64,000 bases of DNA from assembly GCA_965198235.1 (NCBI GenBank), contig OZ240248.1, positions 1-64,000 of the forward strand, given 5' to 3'. The stretch comes from Candidatus Poribacteria bacterium. GTDB taxonomy: Bacteria > Poribacteria > WGA-4E > WGA-3G. A model generated the notes under the pieces. The model ran no database searches. It saw only the letters and a list, made by a program, of their open reading frames with translations, and was not told where the DNA came from. Positions 53,084 to 62,108 of the stretch are shown here, in pieces (the first letter of the stretch is position 1; each line of letters starts with the position of its first letter). Position numbers and translations under genes: made by a program.

Positions 53084-53350
53084 GTTGGCATTTTTAGCCG
53101 GTATTATTGTTCCGGGAGTTCGCAATCCGGAACCGTTTTTACCGGCTAAAACCGCACAAAGTTTTTTGTGCTTGATTTAATTGTGGTATATTTGTTAAAC
53201 TACTCTAAAGAAGTTGTCCTATCTTTGTAAGTATCGGCATTATATTGTAGCCACGATTTTCTGATCACGGTGCAACCGGACCCGCGAGAACGGGCAACGC
53301 TAATTTCACTTTGTTTGATTTAAAAGTAAAAAATTAATTGGAGGATTTTC

Positions 53351-54583
53351 ATGTATAGGAAACTTTTTACAATAGGGTTGGCATGTCTCATGACCCTCTT
53401 GGTCATGACGATGACGAACGTCGCTGATGCCCAAGATAAAATTACCGGTCCATGGCTTTGGATGATTGCCCCAACGGAAGCCGGTCAAGGCGGTGCAGCT
53501 GCTACAGATGTCGATTCGCTTGCTGAAGCCAGCGGTGGTGATGTTACCGAAGAGATGATCGCCGCAAACGGTGCCAACGAAGGCGATGCTGTCGGTGATT
53601 TGGCATGGACACTCGGCGAGATTACCGAAACAGGCGGTAATAACGTCAACGATACCGTCACTGATATTGGCTTGGGTGAAGGCGATGTCAATGACCATTC
53701 GTCTTACGCGCTCATCACGCTTGAATCCGATTCCGATCAAGACGGCGTAGATATGAAAGTTGGCAGTGATGACTCTGTCAAGGTCTGGCTCAACGGTGAA
53801 GAGGTTCACAAAAACGCTATTAACCGGGGTGCTGGTGACTTTCAGGACACATTTCAGGTTGATATAAAGAAAGGCGATAATCTGTTGCTCGTGAAGGTCA
53901 GTGAGCGTGGTGGTGGTTGGAGCATGTTCGTCGGTGTCGATGCCGATGTGACTGCTATCTTTAAACCCGCTACTCCGGGTGTAGCTGGAAAAATTACGGG
54001 TCCATGGCTCTGGATGATTGCCGCAACAGAAGCAAATCAAGGCGGCGCAAATTCCACTGATGTGGATTCGCTTGCTGAAGCCAGCGGTGGTGATGTCACT
54101 GAAGATATGGTCGCAGCAAACGGTGCCAAGGAAGGCGATGCTGTCGGTGATTTGGTATGGACGCTCGGTGAGATTTCCGAAACCGGTGGCAACAACATCA
54201 ACGATCTCGTCAACGAGATTGGCTTGGGCGAAGGTGATGTCAACGACCATTCGTCTTATGCACTCATCATCCTTGAAACTTCCGAAGCTCAGGATGGCGT
54301 TCCGGCGAAAGTCGGTAGTGATGATTCCGTCAAAGTCTGGTTCAACGGTGAAGTGGTTCACACAAACGCCGTCAACCGGGGTGCTGGCGATTTCCAAGAT
54401 GATTTCAAAGTTAACTTGATCGCAGGTAAAAATGTCCTCTTGGTGAAGGTCAGTGAACGCGGCGGCGGTTGGAGCATGTTCGCCGGTGTCGGTGGTACAT
54501 GGGATATTTACACCGGTGGATTTGTTTCCGTTGAACCTGCTGGAAAACTCTTCACAACTTGGGGAAGCCTGAAAACCAAGTAA
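53351..54583 (+). CDS. Secreted protein with two tandem copies of the same beta-sandwich domain
   Basis: Internal duplication KITGPWLWMIA...GGGWSMF; C-terminal VEPAGKLFTTWGSLK. Confidence 0.85.
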   Translation: MYRKLFTIGLACLMTLLVMTMTNVADAQDKITGPWLWMIAPTEAGQGGAAATDVDSLAEASGGDVTEEMIAANGANEGDAVGDLAWTLGEITETGGNNVNDTVTDIGLGEGDVNDHSSYALITLESDSDQDGVDMKVGSDDSVKVWLNGEEVHKNAINRGAGDFQDTFQVDIKKGDNLLLVKVSERGGGWSMFVGVDADVTAIFKPATPGVAGKITGPWLWMIAATEANQGGANSTDVDSLAEASGGDVTEDMVAANGAKEGDAVGDLVWTLGEISETGGNNINDLVNEIGLGEGDVNDHSSYALIILETSEAQDGVPAKVGSDDSVKVWFNGEVVHTNAVNRGAGDFQDDFKVNLIAGKNVLLVKVSERGGGWSMFAGVGGTWDIYTGGFVSVEPAGKLFTTWGSLKTK

Positions 54584-54615
54584 TGTTTGGCTTTGCCATG
54601 CATAGTTAAAAAATT

Positions 54616-54659
54616 AAAGGACGCAGTCAAAATGTATCGGCTGCGTCCTTTTCCTTTTT
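54616..54659 (+). terminator. Intrinsic terminator between convergent genes
   Basis: AAAGGACGCAGTC/GGCTGCGTCCTTT hairpin with a T-rich tail. Confidence 0.8.
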
Positions 54660-54667
54660 AAGTCTTG

Positions 54668-55519
54668 CTATCGTCCCATGAGTTCCATAAAGACTGGTAG
54701 CGATTCCCTAAATCCGTCCTCGCGTGTCCCGCCCACCGGCGTGTAGACGCTCTCTAAGGAGATCGCACCGTCGTATCCGTCCCGTTTCAACGCATTCACG
54801 ATGTCATTGTAGTAAGGATCCATCTGTCCTTGGCGCATCGCACAGAAATCGAATGTCGCCGCTGGGAGATTCACGACACCGTCTTTGAGGTGAACATGTG
54901 CAATGTGCTCGCGGATAATTTCGTAGCCGTTCGGATAGGGGATTTCGGTACAATAGAGGGAACTGCACGGATCCCAGAGTACTTTCAGATGTGGCGCGTC
55001 TAATTCATCAATCAACTTTCTCGCAAGGTGTGCCGATGTCACGTTACCGGAGATTGCTGTTTCCATAACGAGCGTAATGCCCGCCGTATCGGCGATTCGC
55101 AACGGTTCCTTTAACCTTTTCAGGAGTGTCGTCCAAGCACCTTCGGAGATAATGGGTTCCGCCCCAAAAAGCACCATCTCTTTTCGGAAACTGAAAATCC
55201 GGACCAGGTTCGTGCCAAGTGCTTGGGCAACATCAATACACCGTTGTAACGTCGCAATGTGTGACCGATATGCCGGCGCATCAACTGTCGTATCCAGAGG
55301 AAGTGCCGTGAGATTGTGATGCGAGATACACGACATCTTTAGATTCCGCTCCTCGATTAACCCTTTGACTCGCTCTATGTCCGCATCCGTCAGATCGCCA
55401 ACCTGTTTTTCCCAAAGGTACTGTAATTCAACGTATTCCAATCCAGTTTCTACCATCGTATCGAGCGCATACTCGAAGTCCCGGCTGATTCCATCTGTGA
55501 TAGTTCCCAATTTGAGCAT
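54668..55519 (-). CDS. Sugar phosphate isomerase/epimerase (xylose isomerase-like TIM barrel)
   Basis: LVMET, WDP, HVHLKD, GYDGAISLE. Confidence 0.9.
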   Translation of the reverse strand: MLKLGTITDGISRDFEYALDTMVETGLEYVELQYLWEKQVGDLTDADIERVKGLIEERNLKMSCISHHNLTALPLDTTVDAPAYRSHIATLQRCIDVAQALGTNLVRIFSFRKEMVLFGAEPIISEGAWTTLLKRLKEPLRIADTAGITLVMETAISGNVTSAHLARKLIDELDAPHLKVLWDPCSSLYCTEIPYPNGYEIIREHIAHVHLKDGVVNLPAATFDFCAMRQGQMDPYYNDIVNALKRDGYDGAISLESVYTPVGGTREDGFRESLPVFMELMGR

Positions 55520-55596
55520 TCAATCCCTCGCAATTTCTTTGTCTTTGTAGGCTTCAAAAATGCTAAATACACTCTCGCAAGATTCCTGCCTCACAA

Positions 55597-56490
55597 TTAT
55601 TTCGTTTTTTGAATCTCGATACCTGCAATGTTTTCAAGGATTTTGATAATCGTCCAGTTATCCTCGTCAGGGTTTACTGCTTTTCCCGCTTGAAACAGTT
55701 CAAAAGCGGCACTTGCCGCGAAGAGTGGCACCCCACAATCACTTGCCATGTTTTTCGCCAAAGTAAGATCCTTATACATTGTGCCGATATTACTTTGTCC
55801 CTTGAAATTCCGATCCAAGATATTTTGTGTTGTGTCTCTGAAAAGGAAATTCCCAACAACACTTGTGCTGACAACGTCGCGAAGTGTTTCCGGTGCTACA
55901 CCCGCCTTCACCGCCAACGTCAGTGCTTCAAAGATACCGGCATAGGTAACGCCTATTAGAACTGCGAGTGCAGATTTGACGGTTTGCCCCATCCCAGCCT
56001 CTTCCCCAACATGATAGATATCCCGTCCGACTGCTTCGAGCACCGGTTTTGATGCTGCAAACGTCTCCTTTGGTGCCGACACCATCATTGTAAGGGTTCC
56101 AGCGGCTGCACCCGGTGCCCCGCCACTGACAGGAGCATCAACAATATTAAACCCTTTTTCTGTCACCAGTTCAGCGACCTCCATCACCTGTGAGCGCCCG
56201 ATGGTCGCCGTACAGATGACCGTGCTTCCCGGTTTGAGTCCTGCCAATAACCCATCTTCTGTAAGAAGTGCTGCTTTGACCTGTTCGACATTCAGCACCA
56301 TGATAAAGACGGTGTCTGCAGCTGCGCCTACTTCACGCGGCGATGTAGCGGCGTATGCACCCTCTTGTGTAAGTGTTTCCAACGGCGCTGGGAGGACATC
56401 ATACACTGTGAGTTCGTGTCCAGCTTTCAGGATGTTTCTTGACATCCCCATCCCCATGTTGCCAACCCCGATTAATCCAACTTTTGCCAT
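55597..56490 (-). CDS. NAD(P)-dependent beta-hydroxyacid dehydrogenase family
   Basis: GVGNMG, DAPVSGG, GQTVK, KDL. Confidence 0.92.
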   Translation of the reverse strand: MAKVGLIGVGNMGMGMSRNILKAGHELTVYDVLPAPLETLTQEGAYAATSPREVGAAADTVFIMVLNVEQVKAALLTEDGLLAGLKPGSTVICTATIGRSQVMEVAELVTEKGFNIVDAPVSGGAPGAAAGTLTMMVSAPKETFAASKPVLEAVGRDIYHVGEEAGMGQTVKSALAVLIGVTYAGIFEALTLAVKAGVAPETLRDVVSTSVVGNFLFRDTTQNILDRNFKGQSNIGTMYKDLTLAKNMASDCGVPLFAASAAFELFQAGKAVNPDEDNWTIIKILENIAGIEIQKTK

Positions 56491-56738
56491 AAATTACCTC
56501 AAGGAGTCTCATAAATAATAGTATGTAGAAATGACACAGATTGCGCATCCTTTAGGAGTTGTATTTTGTATACGATCCCGCTGCAACTATGCCAGCAAAC
56601 ATCGGTTGAGTCTATCACAAATTTTCGGAAATGTCAATCAGTTTCCGATCCGGCGATGCACATGTAATTTTTATGCGAATTTTTCTGGTTTATGCTATAA
56701 TTAGGCATTCATACAAGAAAAAGAAGGAGCCAAAACAA

Positions 56739-57776
56739 ATGGCAGATACCATCAAAGGTGCCGTCCTCGGGTATGGAGCGGCATTTAATATGGGCAAAGC
56801 CCACGCAAATATGATGCAAAATACAGACGGCATCGAATGTGTTGCCATCTGTGACATCGACCCGGCGCGAACAAAAGCCGCGCAAGAGGATTTTCCCGGA
56901 GTCCGCACCTATAACTCGGTTGAAGAACTCAATGCGGACGATGGCATCGATCTTATCGCGAATGTCCTTCCGCATAGTCTGCACTGTGGTCCAACTGTAG
57001 CAAGTCTTAAAGCAGGCAAGCATGTCATTGTCGAGAAGCCGATGTGCGTCACAATCGCAGAAGCCACTGAAATGATTACAACCGCCGAAGAGAATGATGT
57101 TATGTTATCCGTTCATCACAACCGACGGTGGGATGCCGACTTTTGGACGCTTCGTGAACTCGTCCATTCTGGTATCATCGGCAAAGTCTTTAGTGTTGAG
57201 ATGTGGGGTGGCGGCTATGGTAGACCCAATCCAGATTGGTGGCGCAGTGTCAAGGCGATCTCCGGTGGACAATTCTACGATTGGGGTGCCCACTACCTGG
57301 ATTGGCTACTCAATATTATTGAGACACCCATGATTAATGTCATCGGCTTCTATCAACCGAACCTCGTTTGGGACGATATTACCAACGAGGACCATGTCCA
57401 AGCAATTATTCGATTTGCGGGCGGAGAGGTCGTTGCGGATGGAGCGGCGGCGAATATCCAGATGTCTAACATCGCGAAAATTGGTGGACAGCGGTGGAAA
57501 CTGCTCGGCTCACACGGCGCGATTACCTCCGAAGACGGAGGGTTTAAGGTTTTATCCGAAGTCAAGGGACAGCCCAAAGAGCAGCAGGTCGGTCATCACG
57601 GCAGACCGGGACCTACCTACTATGAAAATATCGTCGCCTATTTAAACGATGGCACGCCACTGCTTGTGACACCGGAGTCGGCGCGCCGCGTCATCGCTAT
57701 CATGGATTTGGCGGAAAAATCTGCCAAGACACATCAGGCAGAAACCGTGCCTTACGAGTTTGAATCAGCCGTGTAA
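56739..57776 (+). CDS. Gfo/Idh/MocA oxidoreductase
   Basis: GKHVIVEKP, HNRRWD, DWGAH; AAGGAG RBS. Confidence 0.93.
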   Translation: MADTIKGAVLGYGAAFNMGKAHANMMQNTDGIECVAICDIDPARTKAAQEDFPGVRTYNSVEELNADDGIDLIANVLPHSLHCGPTVASLKAGKHVIVEKPMCVTIAEATEMITTAEENDVMLSVHHNRRWDADFWTLRELVHSGIIGKVFSVEMWGGGYGRPNPDWWRSVKAISGGQFYDWGAHYLDWLLNIIETPMINVIGFYQPNLVWDDITNEDHVQAIIRFAGGEVVADGAAANIQMSNIAKIGGQRWKLLGSHGAITSEDGGFKVLSEVKGQPKEQQVGHHGRPGPTYYENIVAYLNDGTPLLVTPESARRVIAIMDLAEKSAKTHQAETVPYEFESAV

Positions 57777-57813
57777 TGAAATGGAACGGCACCCAGACTT
57801 AATAGTTAAAAAA

Positions 57814-58830
57814 ATGAAAGCTATCGTTTTTGAGAAAATTCAGCAATTACGTATCCATGAGAAACCCATCCCTACACTCACTATCGGTGATGTGCTCATC
57901 CAGATGGAACTCTGTGGTATTTGTGCGTCTGACCTCGCCGCGCTACGTGGAGATGTATCGGATTATGCACCACCCGTCGTGATGGGACACGAACTCGCAG
58001 GCGTAGTGGTAGAGAGTCGACATCCCGATGTCAAAATCGGGGAACGGGTTACTGTCAATCCGATGCTTTCCTGCGGTGTATGTCCCGAATGCCAGAACGA
58101 TCTGGACAAATACTGCAATACCATTGAGGGCATCGGTCACGATATTGATGGTGGCTACGCCGAATATATGCGGATGCCAAAACACGGCGTGGATACCGGC
58201 AAGCTTATCCGAGTGCCCGACAGCGTTCCACCTGAAGAGTTGCTCTTTCTGGAACCCTTGGGCTGCTGTCTGAATGCAATGCGGGAAACCCTTTTCAAGA
58301 ATTCTGTTGCTATTCTGGGTGCCGGTCCCATCGGCTTGATATTCACGCAATTGGCGAAGCGAGCGGGTTTGACAACCTATGTGTTTGAACCACTGGCTCA
58401 CCGCAGGGCTGTCGCCGAAACCCTCGGTGCCGATCTCACTTTTGATACCTCACCCGAGGCTATCGCGCAACTCCAGGACATCACCCGTGGGGGGGTCGAT
58501 ACTGTCATCTCTTCCACAACCAACAATGCGTCCGTAATTACACTCGCTTTTGATATTGTCCGCAGAGGCGGATGCGTCAACTTCTTTGGGCTCGCTCCCG
58601 ATGGCGAAACGCTCAATATCAATTTAGAAGAATTCCACTATGCAGGTCATAAACTGATGGCTTCGTGGGCGTTTTCTCGCGCCAGTCTTGAAGAGGCACG
58701 GCAACTCCTGATAGAAAGAGCATTCAATTTTGAGCCGCTGTTAACAGATCGGTTTCCAATTGCACAAGGTTTAGCAGCGTTCGATAATGCTGGCGCAGGG
58801 CTTGGAGTCAAGACGGTAATCCATCCGTAA
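57814..58830 (+). CDS. Zinc-dependent alcohol/sugar dehydrogenase
   Basis: CGICASD, GHE, CGVCPEC..C, GAGPIG; start MKAIVF. Confidence 0.93.
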   Translation: MKAIVFEKIQQLRIHEKPIPTLTIGDVLIQMELCGICASDLAALRGDVSDYAPPVVMGHELAGVVVESRHPDVKIGERVTVNPMLSCGVCPECQNDLDKYCNTIEGIGHDIDGGYAEYMRMPKHGVDTGKLIRVPDSVPPEELLFLEPLGCCLNAMRETLFKNSVAILGAGPIGLIFTQLAKRAGLTTYVFEPLAHRRAVAETLGADLTFDTSPEAIAQLQDITRGGVDTVISSTTNNASVITLAFDIVRRGGCVNFFGLAPDGETLNINLEEFHYAGHKLMASWAFSRASLEEARQLLIERAFNFEPLLTDRFPIAQGLAAFDNAGAGLGVKTVIHP

Positions 58831-59000
58831 TAACACATGCCTTGGTGATAGCACCCAAACCTAAAGGGTTGGGCTTCGGTTTCATAGCAACTGCGTTTTT
58901 CCCAAAGGGTCAAACGTCTTATTGTCGCTCCACCTGCGGGGATTTATTCCGAATCAGATCGGTTTTATGGTCTCGTTAGACCGCTACCCCTACCCGCAAA
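58825..59000 (-). ncRNA. Predicted omegaRNA (reRNA) of TnpB; 5' boundary uncertain
   Basis: By family rule, the RE region downstream of tnpB plus the flanking guide CAAGGCATGTGTTATT. Confidence 0.55.
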
Positions 59001-60301
59001 ATGTTTTTCGCAGCATTTATATCTCTATCGTGAGAGGTGCTGCATTTCGGACATGTCCAGTCTCTGTCTGATAGTGTGAGCGTCTCATTCTTATGCTCAC
59101 AGACGTTACAGGCTTTTGTCGTCGGTTGCCACTGTCCTGCTTTTGCCAATGTTTTACCGTATTTCGCACATATCCACTGAAGTATGAGAGCAAACTCACC
59201 GAAGGCGAGATCGGAGACTTTCCGACCCCACAGGCGTTTCATGCCATCAAGGTTTAGGGTTTCAATCGCAAGCGTATCATACTTTCGCAGAAGCCGAAGG
59301 GCCAACTTGAAGAACCAGTCTCGCCTTCTATTGGCGATCTTCTTATAGACACGTGCGAGGTGGCGTTTCGCACGATACCAACCATTGGAGAGATATTGCT
59401 TTCGTGAGAGTGCTTTATTTGCTGAACGGATTTCATTCAGGCTTTGCTTATAGAACTCTGGTGATTCTATCTTGATACCGTCTGAGAGTGTGAGAAAGGT
59501 TTTCATACCGAAGTCCGCCCCTGCTACATTACCTGTCAGTGGAAGGACTTCAGTGGGTTCAGGATTTTCACAGACGATTGTTAAATAATAATCACCAACA
59601 TTATCACGTTTGATGGTGACTTTCTTGACTGTGCCAGTGAATTCACGGTGTTTCCAAAAGGTGAACCACTTTTTTAGACAGCCGATATAGATACGATTGC
59701 CTTCAATCTTATACCCCGCTTGTTTCAATGTGAGAGAGTTGTATTTATGCTGCGGTTTGATATGCGGTTTACCCACTCGTCGGGTCGTTTTACCAGACTG
59801 CCGATCTTCTATATTATCAAAGAAACGCTGATATCCTAAATCAATACGCTTCGCAACGTCTTGGATCGCTTGACTTGGAAGTTGTTTCCAATGCGGTTTT
59901 GTCCGTTGTTTTAACTTCGTGATATGTTTGCATATCCGTTCAAAAGACGCATATTTACCATAGATACGGAAATACCTTCGCTGCAACCTTAGGAGGTGGA
60001 CATGCACTTGGTGCATATCGGCTAAAAGATTGCCGATAAGGATCGTATTTGACTGGTGATATAACTCATATCTCTCTGTTTTCACTGGAGTTCACGTATC
60101 GCGCTTTTTAACCCCTTCAGAGTGGGTAGGCAGACACATAACCTTGCGATTATGCTATGAATGTCTGCCAACGTGATACATTAATTATAACACATTTTAA
60201 TAGCAAAGTCACGCTTATTTTTAAACAACGCCTCGGTCTTATTCACGAGGGCGGACTTTCATCCCAAACCTGAAGGATTGGGCTTTCAGTCCGTGAACAT
60301 C
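58845..60301 (-). mobile_element. tnpB-only IS200/IS605-family element (IS1341-like), both ends intact
   Basis: LE: TTAC|15 nt|AAAG-hairpin; RE: GAAG-hairpin...TCAC; the two hairpins are near-identical. Confidence 0.85.
58976..60085 (-). CDS. tnpB: RNA-guided endonuclease TnpB
   Basis: RuvC D (GADFG), E (AIETL), D (DRDINAAKN); CNVC/CPKC zinc finger. Confidence 0.95.
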   Translation of the reverse strand: MKTERYELYHQSNTILIGNLLADMHQVHVHLLRLQRRYFRIYGKYASFERICKHITKLKQRTKPHWKQLPSQAIQDVAKRIDLGYQRFFDNIEDRQSGKTTRRVGKPHIKPQHKYNSLTLKQAGYKIEGNRIYIGCLKKWFTFWKHREFTGTVKKVTIKRDNVGDYYLTIVCENPEPTEVLPLTGNVAGADFGMKTFLTLSDGIKIESPEFYKQSLNEIRSANKALSRKQYLSNGWYRAKRHLARVYKKIANRRRDWFFKLALRLLRKYDTLAIETLNLDGMKRLWGRKVSDLAFGEFALILQWICAKYGKTLAKAGQWQPTTKACNVCEHKNETLTLSDRDWTCPKCSTSHDRDINAAKNILRVGVAV

Positions 60302-60411
60302 GTAATTTTCCAACTTGTTACTTTCACCTCGATAAACCTAATAAATGCAATTAGATTTCTAAAGATTTTTGGACAAACATCCCCCCGTAACGTATTTTAA
60401 ACGCATTTTGT

Positions 60412-60440
60412 TTGACTTCGTTGCTTTTTTGTGGTATCTT
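60412..60440 (+). promoter_or_regulatory. Sigma70 promoter of nfo
   Basis: TTGACT-N17-TATCTT with TG extension. Confidence 0.55.
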
Positions 60441-60534
60441 TAATAATATAGGGTGCTAAATAGGTCTAATCACAGACATATAGGGAGATACCAATTTCGG
60501 TATAGTTTGCGAACCGAAACTTGCAATAACAAAT

Positions 60535-61374
60535 ATGATCCTCGGTGCACATGTATCTACTTCAGGCGGCTTACACAATGCCATTACAAATGGCGATAAA
60601 CTCCACTGCGACACAATCCAAATTTTCTTAAGAAACCCAAACCGGTGGGCGGCGAAACCGCCGACCCCCGCAGTAATTGATAAGTTTCGTGATGCTTGGG
60701 CAGCATCTCCGATTGGAGATGTGATTGTTCACGATATTCACTTGAGCAATCTCGCTTCGCCGAAAACAGATGTCCGTGAAAAATCACGCCAGCAGTTTCA
60801 CGAGCAAATGGAACTTGCGGATACACTCGGTCTCCGATATATCGTGACACACCTCGGCTCGCATCTCGGCGAAGGTGAGGAGCTCGGCTTAAAACTGTTA
60901 AGCGAGAGCTTCGAGTTTCTATTTGAAAACGTTGATGCACCGGATGTCACTGTTCTCCTTGAAACGACCGCTGGACAAGGCACGAACCTCGGCTACTGCT
61001 TTCAACACTTGCGTGATGTCATCGGTAGGTCGAAATACCCAGATCGATTTGGTGTCTGTTTGGATACCTGTCATGTTTTCGCCGCTGGCTACGATATCCG
61101 GACTGAGGTTGATTGCGAGGCGACCTTTAATCAGTTTGACGAGGTTATCGGCTTAGCGCGATTGAGGGCTTTTCATCTCAACGACGCAAAATCGACCTAC
61201 CAGAGTCGCGTGGACCGGCATGAACACATCGGCGATGGCAATATCGGTGCAACCGCATTCGCTTATATCCTCAACGATTCCCGGTTCTCGGAAATTCCAC
61301 TTATCATTGAAACACCACAGATGGAGACAATGCACGAGACAAACCTCACAACCTTACGCAGATTAAGTGTGTAG
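60535..61374 (+). CDS. nfo: Endonuclease IV
   Basis: GAHVS, LETTAGQG, DTCH, HLND, DRHEH. Confidence 0.96.
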   Translation: MILGAHVSTSGGLHNAITNGDKLHCDTIQIFLRNPNRWAAKPPTPAVIDKFRDAWAASPIGDVIVHDIHLSNLASPKTDVREKSRQQFHEQMELADTLGLRYIVTHLGSHLGEGEELGLKLLSESFEFLFENVDAPDVTVLLETTAGQGTNLGYCFQHLRDVIGRSKYPDRFGVCLDTCHVFAAGYDIRTEVDCEATFNQFDEVIGLARLRAFHLNDAKSTYQSRVDRHEHIGDGNIGATAFAYILNDSRFSEIPLIIETPQMETMHETNLTTLRRLSV

Positions 61375-61426
61375 AGTGGTCTGCAGGTTTTCCCTATTGC
61401 GTGTAAAGAACGGCGGAGAGTAAAGG

Positions 61427-61606
61427 GTGTCTATCGGTTTTTGGGAAGTTACCTTTCTCATTATTCTTTTTTTCGGAATCGTCATTGTGTCTCGTTTTGT
61501 TGAACGCTTTCGGATGAAACGTATTTGTCCTGAGTGTGGATTGGCAATTCGTACAGATACGCAAACCTGTCCGTCGTGCAAGTACAGTTTTCCTACAAAG
61601 GCATAA
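61427..61606 (+). CDS. Small membrane-anchored zinc-ribbon protein (59 aa, not in the ORF track)
   Basis: GTG start after GGAGAG; MSIGFWEVTFLIILFFGIVIV TM segment then CPEC..CPSC. Confidence 0.7.
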   Translation: MSIGFWEVTFLIILFFGIVIVSRFVERFRMKRICPECGLAIRTDTQTCPSCKYSFPTKA

Positions 61607-61610
61607 AATC

Positions 61611-61820
61611 ATGGACAAAACAAAATTAAAAATCAGCGGAATGTCCTGTCAACATTGCGTCAAAACCGTAACGGATGCACTCATAGAACTTCCGGGCGTT
61701 CGGCGTGCGAAAGTAAACTTGCGCAAAGCCGAGGCTGTCGTTCACTTCGATGCCTCACGCGTCACCCCTGCAAATCTCACAGAGGCGATAACCGCAGTGG
61801 GTTTTAAGGTTTTTGAATAA
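61611..61820 (+). CDS. copZ: Copper chaperone / HMA domain protein
   Basis: GMSCQHC; start MDKTKL. Confidence 0.88.
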   Translation: MDKTKLKISGMSCQHCVKTVTDALIELPGVRRAKVNLRKAEAVVHFDASRVTPANLTEAITAVGFKVFE

Positions 61821-61924
61821 TATTCAATTGGCTGATGAATTGAAGAGACTATGTATCCCTAAGGTTAAACGGACTGCTTTATAATCACTCATTGGCTGAT
61901 AGCGTCCACGTTTTCAATAAAATA

Positions 61925-62076
61925 ATCCAAGTTGCCACCTATTCATAGACATAGCACCCCTACGGGGTGCGGTTGCTTAAACACGCCATTTTCTATAGAC
62001 ATAGCACCCCTACGGGGTGGGAAGCCCCTGAAAAACCTTGTTGAAACGTCCAAAATTTGTTAGTAGCAACTTGAGT
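61925..62076. mobile_element. MITE-like element carrying two 25-bp repeats
   Basis: Imperfect TIR ATCCAAGTTGCCAC / GTAGCAACTTGAGT with TAAAATA on both flanks; ATAGACATAGCACCCCTACGGGGTG at 61945 and 61995. Confidence 0.65.
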
Positions 62077-62108
62077 TAAAATAACTAAAATAAGAACGGA
62101 GGTAATTG

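Noticed and set aside
53255-53310. Riboswitch upstream of the two-domain secreted protein
   Set aside because: Only two small hairpins and no recognisable Rfam consensus; an Infernal search would be needed.
53306-54397. 363-aa minus-strand ORF and similar long antisense ORFs
   Set aside because: Shadows of well-supported genes on the opposite strand.
61945-62019. CRISPR mini-array
   Set aside because: Two units inside a TIR-bounded element; same dispersed repeat family.
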